From contig CAZFGK010000005.1 of the NCBI GenBank assembly GCA_964518635.1, positions 1,679 through 65,678 of the forward strand: a DNA stretch of 64,000 nucleotides, written 5' to 3'. Below are positions 47,065 through 56,869 of this stretch, piece after piece (within the stretch, counting starts at the first letter, position 1; each line of letters starts with the position of its first letter). Below the pieces are notes generated by a model. That model worked only from the letters and a program-made list of their open reading frames with translations, made no database searches and was not told where the DNA came from. A program made the position numbers and the translations under genes. The stretch comes from an uncultured Ignavibacteriales bacterium (GTDB taxonomy: Bacteria > Zixibacteria > MSB-5A5 > GN15 > FEB-12).

Positions 47065-49011
47065 ATGCAGTTCCTGACTGGTCGTACTCATCGACTCTGG
47101 CTGGTGACCTCCGGGCTGATTGTTGTATTGGTATTGGCGGCCGTGCTGGTCTCCGGTCAGAGCAGGCGCGAGCTGATGCAACTGACGGTCAACCAGGGGA
47201 AGGTCCTCATTGAAGCGATCGCTCAGATTCTCAAATCAGAAGTCGCGGCCGCAGAGCAGCGTGACCGACAAGATGCACAGGAAACAAGACGGACGACCGC
47301 ACTCCTGTGGGATCAGCTACCACGAACGGGTGGTGGGAGTGTAGCATCACTTGTCGCTAATCAGCAGAATGTTGCTCTTATAGCAATGATCGATCAGGAC
47401 AGTATCAAGACGACATATATTCAGCGTGAAGGATTGGTCCTGCCGGAGATCATCATCTCAACCGCACTCGATCTCTTTCGTCGACCGGACACGAATTTTC
47501 TCAGCGTTCAGGTCACTGACTCATTTGGTGTCAATTCCTTCTATCTGGAGAGAAGCAACGACTCACGATATATCCTCATCCTCGGTTCCCCCGAAGTCGA
47601 GCAGAGCGGACAGAGCGAGATGCTCGACTGGGTACGGCAGCTTGAACTCGATTCGACACTTTCATTCGTGAGCTGGGAGACGAGTGAAAAAAGCATTATC
47701 ACATCTCGCCAGTATCTTCCTCCTGATTCTCTCATTACACAGATGCTCGATAGTGTCAGCCGCGGGGATCTCATTCTCAATCTTCAGATTGAGCGTGAGA
47801 GCGCAAGACGACTGGAAATCTATCGACCGTTTTCTTCGACAACGCATCCCCGCGGGGTACTTCGCCTCGCTCTCCCACTCTCGGCGTTTGACAATGCAGT
47901 CGCACGCTCAGATCGGCAGGTACTACTCACAACTCTCCTTGCCGTTCTCGTTGTATTGGTGGGGAGTGCGGTGATCGCCCTGCGCGGGAGAAGGAAAGAG
48001 CAGGAGGAGGCGTTTCAGACCCTTCGAGGGCTTTTCAGCAACGTCCTCAATTCACTAGAGCTCGGTGTCATGGTCGTTGATCAGAAAGGGAACATACGTC
48101 TTTCGAATGAATGGATGCAGCTTCGGCTGGATCAGAAAATATCCGAGGAGGAGAATGTCAATTCTCTCGGAGCGGATTTTGTAAAACTTCTCGGCGAATC
48201 AGCTTCGTCAGTTCGGACTGCGACGACAGGAAAAGATGGCCGGAGGCGATGGTTGCAGGCCACTCGAGTGCCTATTAGTATCTCTTCTGATCAGACCGGT
48301 ACTCTGATCTTTGTACATGACCAGACGGCAATGCAGGAGGCAGAAACGAGACTGCGCAGGCAAGAACGTGTTGCTGAGTTAGGGGAGCTTGCTGCCGGAG
48401 TTGCTCACGATATTCGAAATCCGCTGCATACAATCTCTCTCGGACTCCAGCAGTTGATCGGAGCGCCAGCGGATGCGCACGCTGAAATCATTTCATTGCT
48501 TCGCTCAGAAGTCGGAAGGATTAATCTGAGTATTGCGCGGTTCCTTTCGTTGACAAAGGAACAACCTCTTCAATTTCAATCAACCAACGTACGCCAGCTT
48601 GTCGAAGAACGTGTGTCGGCCTGGTTGCCCCGAGCATTGCATGAACAGAAACGAATTGAGATTCAGGGAGTCAGAGAATTGTCTGTCAGTGTGGACAGCG
48701 GACGTCTTCGAGATGTCCTTGATAATCTAATTTGCAATGCTCTCGAAGCAGTACAGACTGCGGGTGGCATCGTACATATCGAAATTGTGGGATCAGACAA
48801 AGGATGGGGGATTCATATCGATGACAATGGAGCGGGAGTCTCTGATACACACCGCGAACTTCTATTCTCCCCCGGATTCACTACCAAAGAAAGTGGAACT
48901 GGAATCGGGCTTGCACTTGTTGAGAAAAATATGCGTGAGATGGGTGGGGAGGTGAGTATCGCTCGTTCGCCACTAGGAGGCGCAAGGTTTACACTCACAT
49001 TTCCCAAATAG
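47065..49011 (+). CDS. Membrane sensor histidine kinase (periplasmic sensor + PAS-like + HisKA + HATPase_c)
   Basis: Two TM segments. H-box AGVAHDIRNPL. N-box LDNLICNALEA. G-boxes DDNGAGV and GTGIGLALV. Confidence 0.88.
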   Translation: MQFLTGRTHRLWLVTSGLIVVLVLAAVLVSGQSRRELMQLTVNQGKVLIEAIAQILKSEVAAAEQRDRQDAQETRRTTALLWDQLPRTGGGSVASLVANQQNVALIAMIDQDSIKTTYIQREGLVLPEIIISTALDLFRRPDTNFLSVQVTDSFGVNSFYLERSNDSRYILILGSPEVEQSGQSEMLDWVRQLELDSTLSFVSWETSEKSIITSRQYLPPDSLITQMLDSVSRGDLILNLQIERESARRLEIYRPFSSTTHPRGVLRLALPLSAFDNAVARSDRQVLLTTLLAVLVVLVGSAVIALRGRRKEQEEAFQTLRGLFSNVLNSLELGVMVVDQKGNIRLSNEWMQLRLDQKISEEENVNSLGADFVKLLGESASSVRTATTGKDGRRRWLQATRVPISISSDQTGTLIFVHDQTAMQEAETRLRRQERVAELGELAAGVAHDIRNPLHTISLGLQQLIGAPADAHAEIISLLRSEVGRINLSIARFLSLTKEQPLQFQSTNVRQLVEERVSAWLPRALHEQKRIEIQGVRELSVSVDSGRLRDVLDNLICNALEAVQTAGGIVHIEIVGSDKGWGIHIDDNGAGVSDTHRELLFSPGFTTKESGTGIGLALVEKNMREMGGEVSIARSPLGGARFTLTFPK

Positions 49012-49015
49012 CTGG

Positions 49016-49045
49016 CCTGACCTGCTTTTCTTGAAGCAGGTCAGG
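49016..49045. terminator. Bidirectional terminator hairpin between convergent genes
   Basis: cctgacctgctt / ttcttg / aagcaggtcagg forms a perfect 12-bp stem. It sits between the HK stop (49011) and the citrate synthase stop (49060). Confidence 0.7.
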
Positions 49046-49059
49046 AGTAGATGAATTTG

Positions 49060-50337
49060 CTAGTTGGTCTGAGTCTTGAGCCAGGCGGTCGAGACTGATT
49101 TCGGCCTGGTGATCGGAGTTCCAAGTGCGCGATTGAGCACGAACTGTGAAAGCATTCCCATTGCACGAGAGACTGAGAATACCACCGTGTAATACTGGAA
49201 CTCCGTCAGTCCGTAATGGTAGAGCAGGGCGCCAGAGATCGCATCCACATTTGGCCATGGGTCTTTCGCTTTTCCCTGTTCCTGAAGGACTTTCGGCACG
49301 GTGGTAAACACGCGCTCGACTGTCAGGAAGATCGGGTCTTTCGGCATCTTCACTTTCGCATAATCCATGAAGGCGGTAAATCGGGGATCGGTGATACGCA
49401 GGACTGCGTGCCCGTAGCCTGGGATGACTTGTCCCTCTTTCAGAGTCTTCCAGGCATACTCGCGAATCTGCTCTTCGCTCGGTGCCCCCTTGAATTTTTC
49501 AACTGTTTCTAAAATCCAGGCAAGACATTCCTGATTTGCGAGTCCGTGCAACGGACCTGCGAGTCCATTCAATCCTGCTGCAACTGACAAGTAGGGATCA
49601 GAGAGAGCGGAGCCGACCGTGTGGGCGGTGTATGCAGAAACATTTCCGCCCTCATGATCTGAGTGGAGTACCATATAGAGTCGCATCAGAGCAGCGGCGT
49701 CCCCTTTTTTCGAAGGAAGACCCAGCATTCGCGTGTATTCCGCAGCCCAGTCATTCTTTCCGGACGGCTCGATCGCATCTCCTTTTTTATAACGAAGACG
49801 ATAGATCGCGGCAGCGACGGTGTGAATACGCGCAAGCAATGTAAGAGAGTCTTCAAGGGCCGGTTTCCAGTAGTCGGACTTCGGCATGCCGACATCATAC
49901 TTTTGACGGAACTCAGATTCATTTGCCATTGCCGTGATCGCGGCGGAGAGCATGGTCATCGGATGGGCGTTTTTCGGCATTGCTTTCAGAATCTTGTACA
50001 CATACGAAGGCACTTCACGACGTGACTTGAGTGCCTTCTGAACATCCGCGAGCTCGGCAGCATCGGGAAGTGTGCCCGTGAGTAGCAGCCAGAAGATTTC
50101 TTCTGGAAGTTTGTTCACTAAGTCGAGAATGGGAATACCACGAATGACCAGACCGGTATCCGGTTCAACTACGGATGTATCACAGACGAGAGCTTTGACC
50201 GCTCGTGTGCCTCCGACTGCCTGAGCAATGGTGACACTTGAAATTACTTTTTCACCGGCGGTACGGAGAATCTCTTCACGTTCTTTGCGAAGAGCGGGAA
50301 GTTGGGCTTCCAAAGCTTGATGAAGGCGGGTCGACAT
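49060..50337 (-). CDS. gltA: Citrate synthase (eukaryote-like/type I sequence pattern)
   Basis: 425 aa. The PGYGHAVLRITDPRF motif is characteristic of this citrate synthase subgroup. Confidence 0.92.
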   Translation of the reverse strand: MSTRLHQALEAQLPALRKEREEILRTAGEKVISSVTIAQAVGGTRAVKALVCDTSVVEPDTGLVIRGIPILDLVNKLPEEIFWLLLTGTLPDAAELADVQKALKSRREVPSYVYKILKAMPKNAHPMTMLSAAITAMANESEFRQKYDVGMPKSDYWKPALEDSLTLLARIHTVAAAIYRLRYKKGDAIEPSGKNDWAAEYTRMLGLPSKKGDAAALMRLYMVLHSDHEGGNVSAYTAHTVGSALSDPYLSVAAGLNGLAGPLHGLANQECLAWILETVEKFKGAPSEEQIREYAWKTLKEGQVIPGYGHAVLRITDPRFTAFMDYAKVKMPKDPIFLTVERVFTTVPKVLQEQGKAKDPWPNVDAISGALLYHYGLTEFQYYTVVFSVSRAMGMLSQFVLNRALGTPITRPKSVSTAWLKTQTN

Positions 50338-50489
50338 GCCATGTCCTTTTATGCGCTATGCGATTCGAAGGTCTTTTTTACTCGTTGTCGGCATCGTGCT
50401 GACAGTTTTCAGCGGGGCGGAAAAACTACTGGAGCAACCGTACGAAGTCAAGGAAGTGAGCACCGTTGTACTCGAAAAGAGCAGGAATC

Positions 50490-51857
50490 TCACTGGAAGA
50501 TCTTCTCAGGATTGCATCGGTCCTCAGGATCAAGTAGCTGCTTGAACTGGCGCATGGCATGGATTGTCGAGGCATCAAATTCACGTGTCAGAAACTCCCG
50601 CTTCGATAGTCCAATACCATGCTCACCTGTCACTGTTCCTCTCAGTTTGACCGTTTCATTCATGAGGGTCGAGACCTGCTCATCGACCAATAGTCTTCCG
50701 GCAGGGGTGTCCTTCTCCAGCATGAAAACTGCGTGCAGGTTGCCGTCCCCGGCATGCCCAAAACAGACCACTTCCAGCTCCGGCGGCTTTCTGAGACTGT
50801 ATGCAATCTCTACCAATTGGGAGAATTTACTCACCGGTACAGCGACATCCTCTGAAAGCCAAAATGGCCACTTCTTCTTGACCGCTTTTGAGAGAGAACG
50901 CCTCAACACCCAAAGCAGCTCGGAGCGTGCTGGATCGGATTCCATACGGCTCCAGGTGCATCTTGACTCCTTGCAAAGAGAAGCGATACGGCTCGACTGA
51001 ACCGGATCACGGCGACTATCAGATTCGATCAGGAGTACCGGGGAGGATGCAGGGAAGTCGGCTCGTTCATCTAGTTCAGCGAAGACCGTTGCAACCGCAC
51101 CGCCGTCCATGAATTCGAGAACCGTCGGTATGATCCCCTCTGCCACGATTCGAGAAACCGCTTTTCCGGCAGAATGAACGTCGGGAAAGAAGCTAAGTAT
51201 CGTTGTGCCGCGATCGGGGATTGGAATCGCCTGTAACTCGATCTTTGTGATGATACCGAGGGTCCCCTCTGATCCGGTCAGAACATCCCCCCAGTTGAGC
51301 CCACGTGAGTCGGAGAGGGTACCGGTGTTCAGAAACTCCCCGGTTGGGAGAATCGCCTCAAGCCCGATCACATAGTCACGTGTCACGCCAAATCTTTTGC
51401 AGCGAAGTCCACCGGCGTTTTCGGCGATATTCCCCGCAATTGTCGATTCAGCGTAAGATGCTGGGTCTGGGGGATACGTAAGTCCATGAAGGGATGCTGC
51501 GGATTGAATATCTTTCGTGATCGCGCCGGGACCGCATTTGATGACCTGCTGCGCTGGATCAACTCTTATCCGATTCATGCGGGTGGTAGAAATGACAATT
51601 CCGCGTTGTGGAGTCGCCCCACCGGAAAGTCCGGTTCCGGCACCTCGTACGGTGAATGAAAGACTCTGCTGATTGCAGAATTTCAACGTCGCAAGGAGAT
51701 CGTCTCGATTTCCGCACTCTAACGCGGCAACGCAGGAGCCGATAGTCTCTGTGGTGTCTTTGCTGTAAAGTCCAAGTCTCTCTGAATTGGTAATGAGTTC
51801 GGATTGGGTCGAGAGTTGCGAACGGAGAGATTCGAAGTCGGGGGGCTGCATTGCCAT
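50490..51857 (-). CDS. FAD-binding oxidoreductase (GlcD / D-lactate dehydrogenase family)
   Basis: 455 aa. FAD_binding_4 motifs RGAGTGLSGGA and GITKDIQ. C-terminal GGTVTGEHGIGL. Confidence 0.85.
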   Translation of the reverse strand: MAMQPPDFESLRSQLSTQSELITNSERLGLYSKDTTETIGSCVAALECGNRDDLLATLKFCNQQSLSFTVRGAGTGLSGGATPQRGIVISTTRMNRIRVDPAQQVIKCGPGAITKDIQSAASLHGLTYPPDPASYAESTIAGNIAENAGGLRCKRFGVTRDYVIGLEAILPTGEFLNTGTLSDSRGLNWGDVLTGSEGTLGIITKIELQAIPIPDRGTTILSFFPDVHSAGKAVSRIVAEGIIPTVLEFMDGGAVATVFAELDERADFPASSPVLLIESDSRRDPVQSSRIASLCKESRCTWSRMESDPARSELLWVLRRSLSKAVKKKWPFWLSEDVAVPVSKFSQLVEIAYSLRKPPELEVVCFGHAGDGNLHAVFMLEKDTPAGRLLVDEQVSTLMNETVKLRGTVTGEHGIGLSKREFLTREFDASTIHAMRQFKQLLDPEDRCNPEKIFQ

Positions 51858-51878
51858 CAGTAGTTGATCAGTGGGCGG

Positions 51879-52229
51879 TTACTCGGAGGAGGTGCTGGGT
51901 TTCATCGAAGATTTATCCGAAGAGGGTGCGGGGCTGGAAGATGCACCTGAACCTGAAGAATCTTTTGCCCCCGATGATTCTTTCGATCCTGATGAACTTC
52001 CCGAGCCAGAACTACCGGAATCGCTTGAAGCACCGGATTTGTAGGAGTTGCTTCGGTAATCAGTGATGTAGAAACCACTCCCCTTGAAAAGCAAACCCGC
52101 TCCGCCGGAGATCAGACGTTCCGGCTTCGCACCACACTGCGGACATTTTTCGAGCGCAGCTTCGGTCATACTCTGGAATTCTTCGAAAAGAGATTCGCAG
52201 GAAGGGCATCGATACTGATAGGTCGGCAT
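51879..52229 (-). CDS. FmdB-family zinc-ribbon protein with an S/G-rich tail
   Basis: MPTYQYRCPSCE...CPQCG (CxxC_CxxC_SSSS family), followed by a low-complexity Ser/Gly tail. Confidence 0.8.
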   Translation of the reverse strand: MPTYQYRCPSCESLFEEFQSMTEAALEKCPQCGAKPERLISGGAGLLFKGSGFYITDYRSNSYKSGASSDSGSSGSGSSSGSKESSGAKDSSGSGASSSPAPSSDKSSMKPSTSSE

Positions 52230-52278
52230 GCTCGGGGTGTTTCTCCTCTTGAATCGCTGCTCAAGATCAACTGATGCT

Positions 52279-52310
52279 TAAACAAAGAGGGACTCGTCGC
52301 CGAGTCCCTC
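52279..52310 (-). terminator. Rho-independent terminator after pckA
   Basis: The minus strand reads gagggactcg-gcga-cgagtccctc followed by tttgttt. Confidence 0.7.
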
Positions 52311-52329
52311 GTATCAACTTCTGAATCTC

Positions 52330-54000
52330 TTACGCTTTGCCGATCGATGCAAAGTCACGAACCACTGGTCCGGCTTTGATCACTTCCGGCGGGCAATTGT
52401 CCGAGTACTTTTTGAAGTTCTCAGTGAACTGCTCGGCGAGCCAGAGATATTTCTGTTTGAATGCGGCCTGATCACTCCATGTTTGCGACGGATTGAGTAC
52501 CTCATTCGGGACTCCTTCGCAAGTCATCGGCACTTCGAATCCGAAGACCGGGTCGGTATAGAACGCGACATTGTTCAATTTCCCCGAGAGTGCAGCATTC
52601 AGAAGCGTACGGGTGTGGCCTATAGCCATTCGTTTCCCGACTCCAAACGGTCCACCGGTCCAGCCAGTGTTCACCAGCCAGCAGGTCGCTTTATGTTTCA
52701 GAATGCGCTCCTTCAGCATATTGGCATAGAAGGAGGGATGGTGCACCATGAAAGGGGCTCCGAAGCAGGTGCTGAATGTCAAAGCTGGCTGCTTGCCGAG
52801 GCCAATTTCAGTTCCCCCGACTTTCGAAGTATAGCCGGAGATGAAATGGTACATCGCTTGGTCTGGACTGAGTCTAGAGATCGGAGGCATCACGCCGGAG
52901 GCATCGCAGGTAAGCATGATGATATTGCGCGGATGCCCGCCCATTTTCTCCGGAACAGAATTCTCAATGAAATCGAGCGGATAGGCCGCGCGAGTATTTT
53001 CGGTGCGGGCATCACTGTCGAGATCAAGCATGCGAGTCACCGGATCGTAGACCACATTTTCAAGGACGGTCCCAAACCTGCGAGTGCAGGAATAAATCTG
53101 TGGTTCAGCAGTTGGGGAAAGGCGAATGACTTTCGCGTAACAGCCACCTTCAAAATTGAAGACACCACGATCAGACCAGCCATGTTCATCGTCGCCAATG
53201 AGTGAGCGATTCGGATCAGCTGAGAGTGTTGTCTTGCCGGTTCCTGATAGACCGAAGAAGATTGCCACGTCCCCATCTTTGCCGACATTTGCCGAGCAGT
53301 GCATGGTGAAAACATTTTTAAGCGGCAGGATATAGTTCAAGAGGGTGAAGACAGATTTCTTGATCTCGCCTCCGTAGCCCGTTCCGCCAATGATGCAGAG
53401 GCGCTTGGCGAAATTGAGAAGAATGAAAGTCGATGTTCTGGTTCCGTCTGTTTCCGGTTCCGCCTGAAATGACGGAATGCTCATGACCGTGAACTGTGGC
53501 TGGAAGTTTTTCGTCTCTTCCGGCGAGGTCGGCGCTATCAGCATGTTACGGGCAAAGAGAGAATGCCAGGCATACTCAGTGATCACTCGAACAGGAAGAC
53601 GATAGGCCGGGTCAGCGCCACCATAGAGATCCTGCACAAACAGGTCACGAGTTTGCACAAAGGCACGGAGACGATTGAATATCTTGTCAAAATTATCAGG
53701 CGGGAAAGGTTTGTTATATGCCCCCCACCAGACATGTTTTTCAGTCGTCGACTCCTGGACGATAAATTTATCCTGCGCAGCGCGAGCAGTATGTTGACCG
53801 GTGTCGACAGTGAGTGGACCGAGATGGGTGATATGTCCCTCACCGCGAAATGCCGCTTCTTCATAGAGGCAAGGTGGGGTCAGATTCCAATAGACATTTC
53901 CCGTGTTATACAGTCCGATTGATTCAAGTCCGAGAGTGGCGCGATTTGTTGCCGCGCTGGATTGAATCGGTGATTGTTGTCCAAACGGACGCTGTGCCAT
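52330..54000 (-). CDS. pckA: Phosphoenolpyruvate carboxykinase (ATP)
   Basis: 556 aa. Kinase-1a FFGLSGTGKTTLS, IGDDEHGW and NTGWTGG motifs. Confidence 0.95.
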   Translation of the reverse strand: MAQRPFGQQSPIQSSAATNRATLGLESIGLYNTGNVYWNLTPPCLYEEAAFRGEGHITHLGPLTVDTGQHTARAAQDKFIVQESTTEKHVWWGAYNKPFPPDNFDKIFNRLRAFVQTRDLFVQDLYGGADPAYRLPVRVITEYAWHSLFARNMLIAPTSPEETKNFQPQFTVMSIPSFQAEPETDGTRTSTFILLNFAKRLCIIGGTGYGGEIKKSVFTLLNYILPLKNVFTMHCSANVGKDGDVAIFFGLSGTGKTTLSADPNRSLIGDDEHGWSDRGVFNFEGGCYAKVIRLSPTAEPQIYSCTRRFGTVLENVVYDPVTRMLDLDSDARTENTRAAYPLDFIENSVPEKMGGHPRNIIMLTCDASGVMPPISRLSPDQAMYHFISGYTSKVGGTEIGLGKQPALTFSTCFGAPFMVHHPSFYANMLKERILKHKATCWLVNTGWTGGPFGVGKRMAIGHTRTLLNAALSGKLNNVAFYTDPVFGFEVPMTCEGVPNEVLNPSQTWSDQAAFKQKYLWLAEQFTENFKKYSDNCPPEVIKAGPVVRDFASIGKA

Positions 54001-55214
54001 TACCAGTCTCTCCTTACTCGGCGATCGCCGATCTTCAATTCTTCACCGGGAGCTCCCTCAAGAGCCCATCGTATACGCGCGACTCCTTCGATAATTTCCG
54101 ATTCGGAGCCACAAAAACTAATTCTTAAGTGTCCATCCATCCCGAATTCTTTTCCGGGAACCGTGACCACCAGTGCTTTATCGAGAAGAAATTCAGACAA
54201 TCGCATCGAATCCGGTTCGTACGCGCTGAAATCGGGCAGACAATAAAAGGTGCCCTGCGGTGAGACGACCCGGACACGAGAAAGAGTCCGAAGTTCACGG
54301 ACCAGCGTAGTGCGATTTTTCTCAAGGGTCAAGCGAAGTTGCTGCGCATCGTTCTGATCCCCATTTAGCGCACCGACCGCGGCCGCCTGTGTGACGATGG
54401 AAGTACAGGAGACGGTCTGCGCGGCGATGGTCGCCATCCCGGCAATCACCCGTGGATTTGCGACTGCCCAGCCGATGCGAAATCCTGTCATGCCATAGAG
54501 TTTCGAGACCCCATTAATGATGACCAGCTTACTTTTTGCAGGATCGTCATGAGAAAATGAAAACGCCGACGGTGGCGTGACATTATCGAATACCAACTGG
54601 TGATATATGTCATCCATAATCAAGTAGAGATCATGCTTCGCCGAAAAATCGACCAGCTCACGAATCAACGAAGCAGGATATACTGCGCCGGATGGATTGT
54701 TTGGGCTATTCACAATGATAGCGCGCGTATCGCGAGTGACTGCTGCGGCGATATCTTCCATGCGAGGATAGAAATTGGCATCTCGACAGGGAACAATGAC
54801 TGGAGTGCCATAGGCCATGCGAACTAATTCCGGATAACTGACCCAGTACGGCGCAGTGATAATCACTTCCTCGCCAGGGTTGGTGATGGTCATGATCAAC
54901 GTGTAGAGGGCATGCTTCGCACCATTGCAGACAATGATCTGATTATTGGCGACATCACGACCGTAGGCAGCTTTGGTATAGCGTTGAATCGCGGCGACCA
55001 TTTCGGGGGTGCCGAGCGTCGCGGAGTAGCGCACTTCACCCGATTTCAAAAGGGAAGTGCAGGCATCTATTGCGGACTGGGGCGTCTTATTCAACGGTTC
55101 CCCCGCCCCAAGATGAATGACGGCTTCACCCGCTTTTTTCAGGTCACGGGCGCGCTGATTGAGTTTCAGCGTGGGGGAATCATGTATTTCTTCGGCCAAA
55201 TGGCTTAGTAACAT
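54000..55214 (-). CDS. Class I/II PLP-dependent aminotransferase (aspartate aminotransferase-like)
   Basis: 404 aa. NPSG, the SKLYGMTGFRIGW lysine motif, and GAGEP. TAATG overlap with the pckA start. Confidence 0.88.
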   Translation of the reverse strand: MLLSHLAEEIHDSPTLKLNQRARDLKKAGEAVIHLGAGEPLNKTPQSAIDACTSLLKSGEVRYSATLGTPEMVAAIQRYTKAAYGRDVANNQIIVCNGAKHALYTLIMTITNPGEEVIITAPYWVSYPELVRMAYGTPVIVPCRDANFYPRMEDIAAAVTRDTRAIIVNSPNNPSGAVYPASLIRELVDFSAKHDLYLIMDDIYHQLVFDNVTPPSAFSFSHDDPAKSKLVIINGVSKLYGMTGFRIGWAVANPRVIAGMATIAAQTVSCTSIVTQAAAVGALNGDQNDAQQLRLTLEKNRTTLVRELRTLSRVRVVSPQGTFYCLPDFSAYEPDSMRLSEFLLDKALVVTVPGKEFGMDGHLRISFCGSESEIIEGVARIRWALEGAPGEELKIGDRRVRRDW

Positions 55215-55260
55215 AGAAACGACACTTTCAAGCGGGTATCAGTACGCAGCTTCGTCCTCG

Positions 55261-55797
55261 TCAGCATATCGACTCCAGTATCAATTCCGTTCTCTGTTGG
55301 ACTGAAACCGCAGGAATGTTCACACATTCGAAGCCATACTCTTCGTATGATACTCTGTGGACTATTTCAAATATCACGGACTGTTCATATGTGATTCGAC
55401 GAGCTTCTGTCGGGGTCACAAATCCGAGATTTTCAAGAAAGAAGACTCTTTTCTCGTACACTTTATCATCAACTATGCGAGCAAGTTCTTTTCTCAATAC
55501 ATCTGATAGATCGAATTGAAGATACTTTGCCAGTGCATGGGTACAGACAGGTGAACGATCAAAAATGAGAATTCCATCCGGTAACGAATCACTTTCAATC
55601 TGGCGAAGATGTTGAAGTTCAACAATCTGATTAATGAACTCTGGATTGCGCCATGGCTCGGGATTTCCTGTTGCTCGTTCGCGAAAAATTACGTCGGTGG
55701 CCGCCTCACTAACGACAGGGAAACCGGCATTTTCAAGTGCACATAGAACTGATGTTTTTCCGGAGCCGGGTGTGCCGGTGAGAATAAATCTCTTCAT
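55261..55797 (-). CDS. Small P-loop ATPase (AAA_28/NadR-like)
   Basis: 178 aa. Walker A GTPGSGKTS at the extreme N-terminus and a Walker B-like ILIFDR. Confidence 0.7.
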   Translation of the reverse strand: MKRFILTGTPGSGKTSVLCALENAGFPVVSEAATDVIFRERATGNPEPWRNPEFINQIVELQHLRQIESDSLPDGILIFDRSPVCTHALAKYLQFDLSDVLRKELARIVDDKVYEKRVFFLENLGFVTPTEARRITYEQSVIFEIVHRVSYEEYGFECVNIPAVSVQQRTELILESIC

Positions 55798-55810
55798 GTT
55801 AGTTCCTGCT

Positions 55811-56863
55811 TCATCTCGGAGAACCAGTACTCATCAGAAGGGCAATGGCAACAGTATCGACGATATCATCCACACTGCAGCCGCGTGATAGATCGTTAAA
55901 CGGTTTGGCGAGTCCCTGAATAATCGGCCCCGTTGCAGTCGCGTTGCCGAATCGCTCAACCAGTTTGTAGCCGATATTTCCGGCATCAAGGTCAGGGAAA
56001 ATAAGAACATTCGCCGTTCCGGCGACGCTGCTCTCCGGGGCTTTTCGTTTTGCAATGGACGGAATAATCGCGGCGTCCAATTGAAGTTCGCCGTCAACAT
56101 CCAACTCCGTATGTTCACGCTTAAGAATTTCAACAGCCGTCAGAACTTTGTCGATATCTGTATGCTTTGCTGAACCCTTGGTCGAGAAGGAGAGCATCGC
56201 AATCTTTGGCGTTTCTCCGAGAAGGAGTTTCATGCTTTTCGCAGTCGCAACCGCGATATCGACCAGTTGCGCCGAAGTCGGATTCGGGACTACCGCGCAA
56301 TCAGCAAAAAAGAATGGTCGATTGTATTGTTCTTGAAAGTGCGGAACAGTCATCAGAAATGAGCTAGAGACCGTTTTTATTCCCGGCTGAACACCGATCA
56401 CCTGAATCGCAGCGCGGAGAACATCACTCGTGTTCGAAATCGCCCCAGCAACAGCAGCATCTACAAGCCCTCTGCGTACCATCATGGCACCATAGAAAAG
56501 GGGATCGAGCATTCGTGATTCGGCCTCATGCGCGGTTCCGCCTTTGGTCTGACGAATGTTGAAATATTCTTGCGCAAACATCTGATGATCAACAGAGTGT
56601 GCTGGATTGATGATTTCGACCTTTGAAAGCTGCAGCCCATGCTCAGAAGCGAGTTGTTTTACTTTGTCTTCGTCGCCGAGCAATACAACTGAACAAAGTG
56701 AATCGGAGAGTATTTTCTTCGCTGCCTGAATCGTTCGCGGTTCTGTTCCTTCGGGGAGAACGATGCGGCGCTTTTTCTCTCTCGCGCGATCCTTGATGAT
56801 CGAAATCGGATGCTTGCTCATATCGTTAGCCGAATCAGTCGATTGTTCAGAAAATTGCTCCAT
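55811..56863 (-). CDS. pta: Phosphate acetyltransferase
   Basis: 350 aa. RIVLPEG, PTA_PTB motifs GAMMVRRGLVDA and GNATATGPIIQGLAKPFNDLSRGCS. The start may be ATG 56821. Confidence 0.88.
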   Translation of the reverse strand: MEQFSEQSTDSANDMSKHPISIIKDRAREKKRRIVLPEGTEPRTIQAAKKILSDSLCSVVLLGDEDKVKQLASEHGLQLSKVEIINPAHSVDHQMFAQEYFNIRQTKGGTAHEAESRMLDPLFYGAMMVRRGLVDAAVAGAISNTSDVLRAAIQVIGVQPGIKTVSSSFLMTVPHFQEQYNRPFFFADCAVVPNPTSAQLVDIAVATAKSMKLLLGETPKIAMLSFSTKGSAKHTDIDKVLTAVEILKREHTELDVDGELQLDAAIIPSIAKRKAPESSVAGTANVLIFPDLDAGNIGYKLVERFGNATATGPIIQGLAKPFNDLSRGCSVDDIVDTVAIALLMSTGSPR

Positions 56864-56869
56864 ATCATT

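Noticed and set aside
50302-51000. 232-aa plus-strand ORF spanning the gltA start and the glcD 3' end
   Set aside because: It is antisense to two well-supported genes, with low-complexity Ser/Arg-rich translation.
51900-52060. Repetitive-looking DNA (repeated tcc/gga/tga-rich units)
   Set aside because: It encodes the Ser/Gly-rich low-complexity tail of the FmdB-family protein on the minus strand. It is not a tandem-repeat element or a CRISPR array.
52483-53205. 240-aa plus-strand ORF
   Set aside because: It lies entirely antisense within pckA, whose frame carries unmistakable PEPCK motifs. No SD and no recognisable domains.
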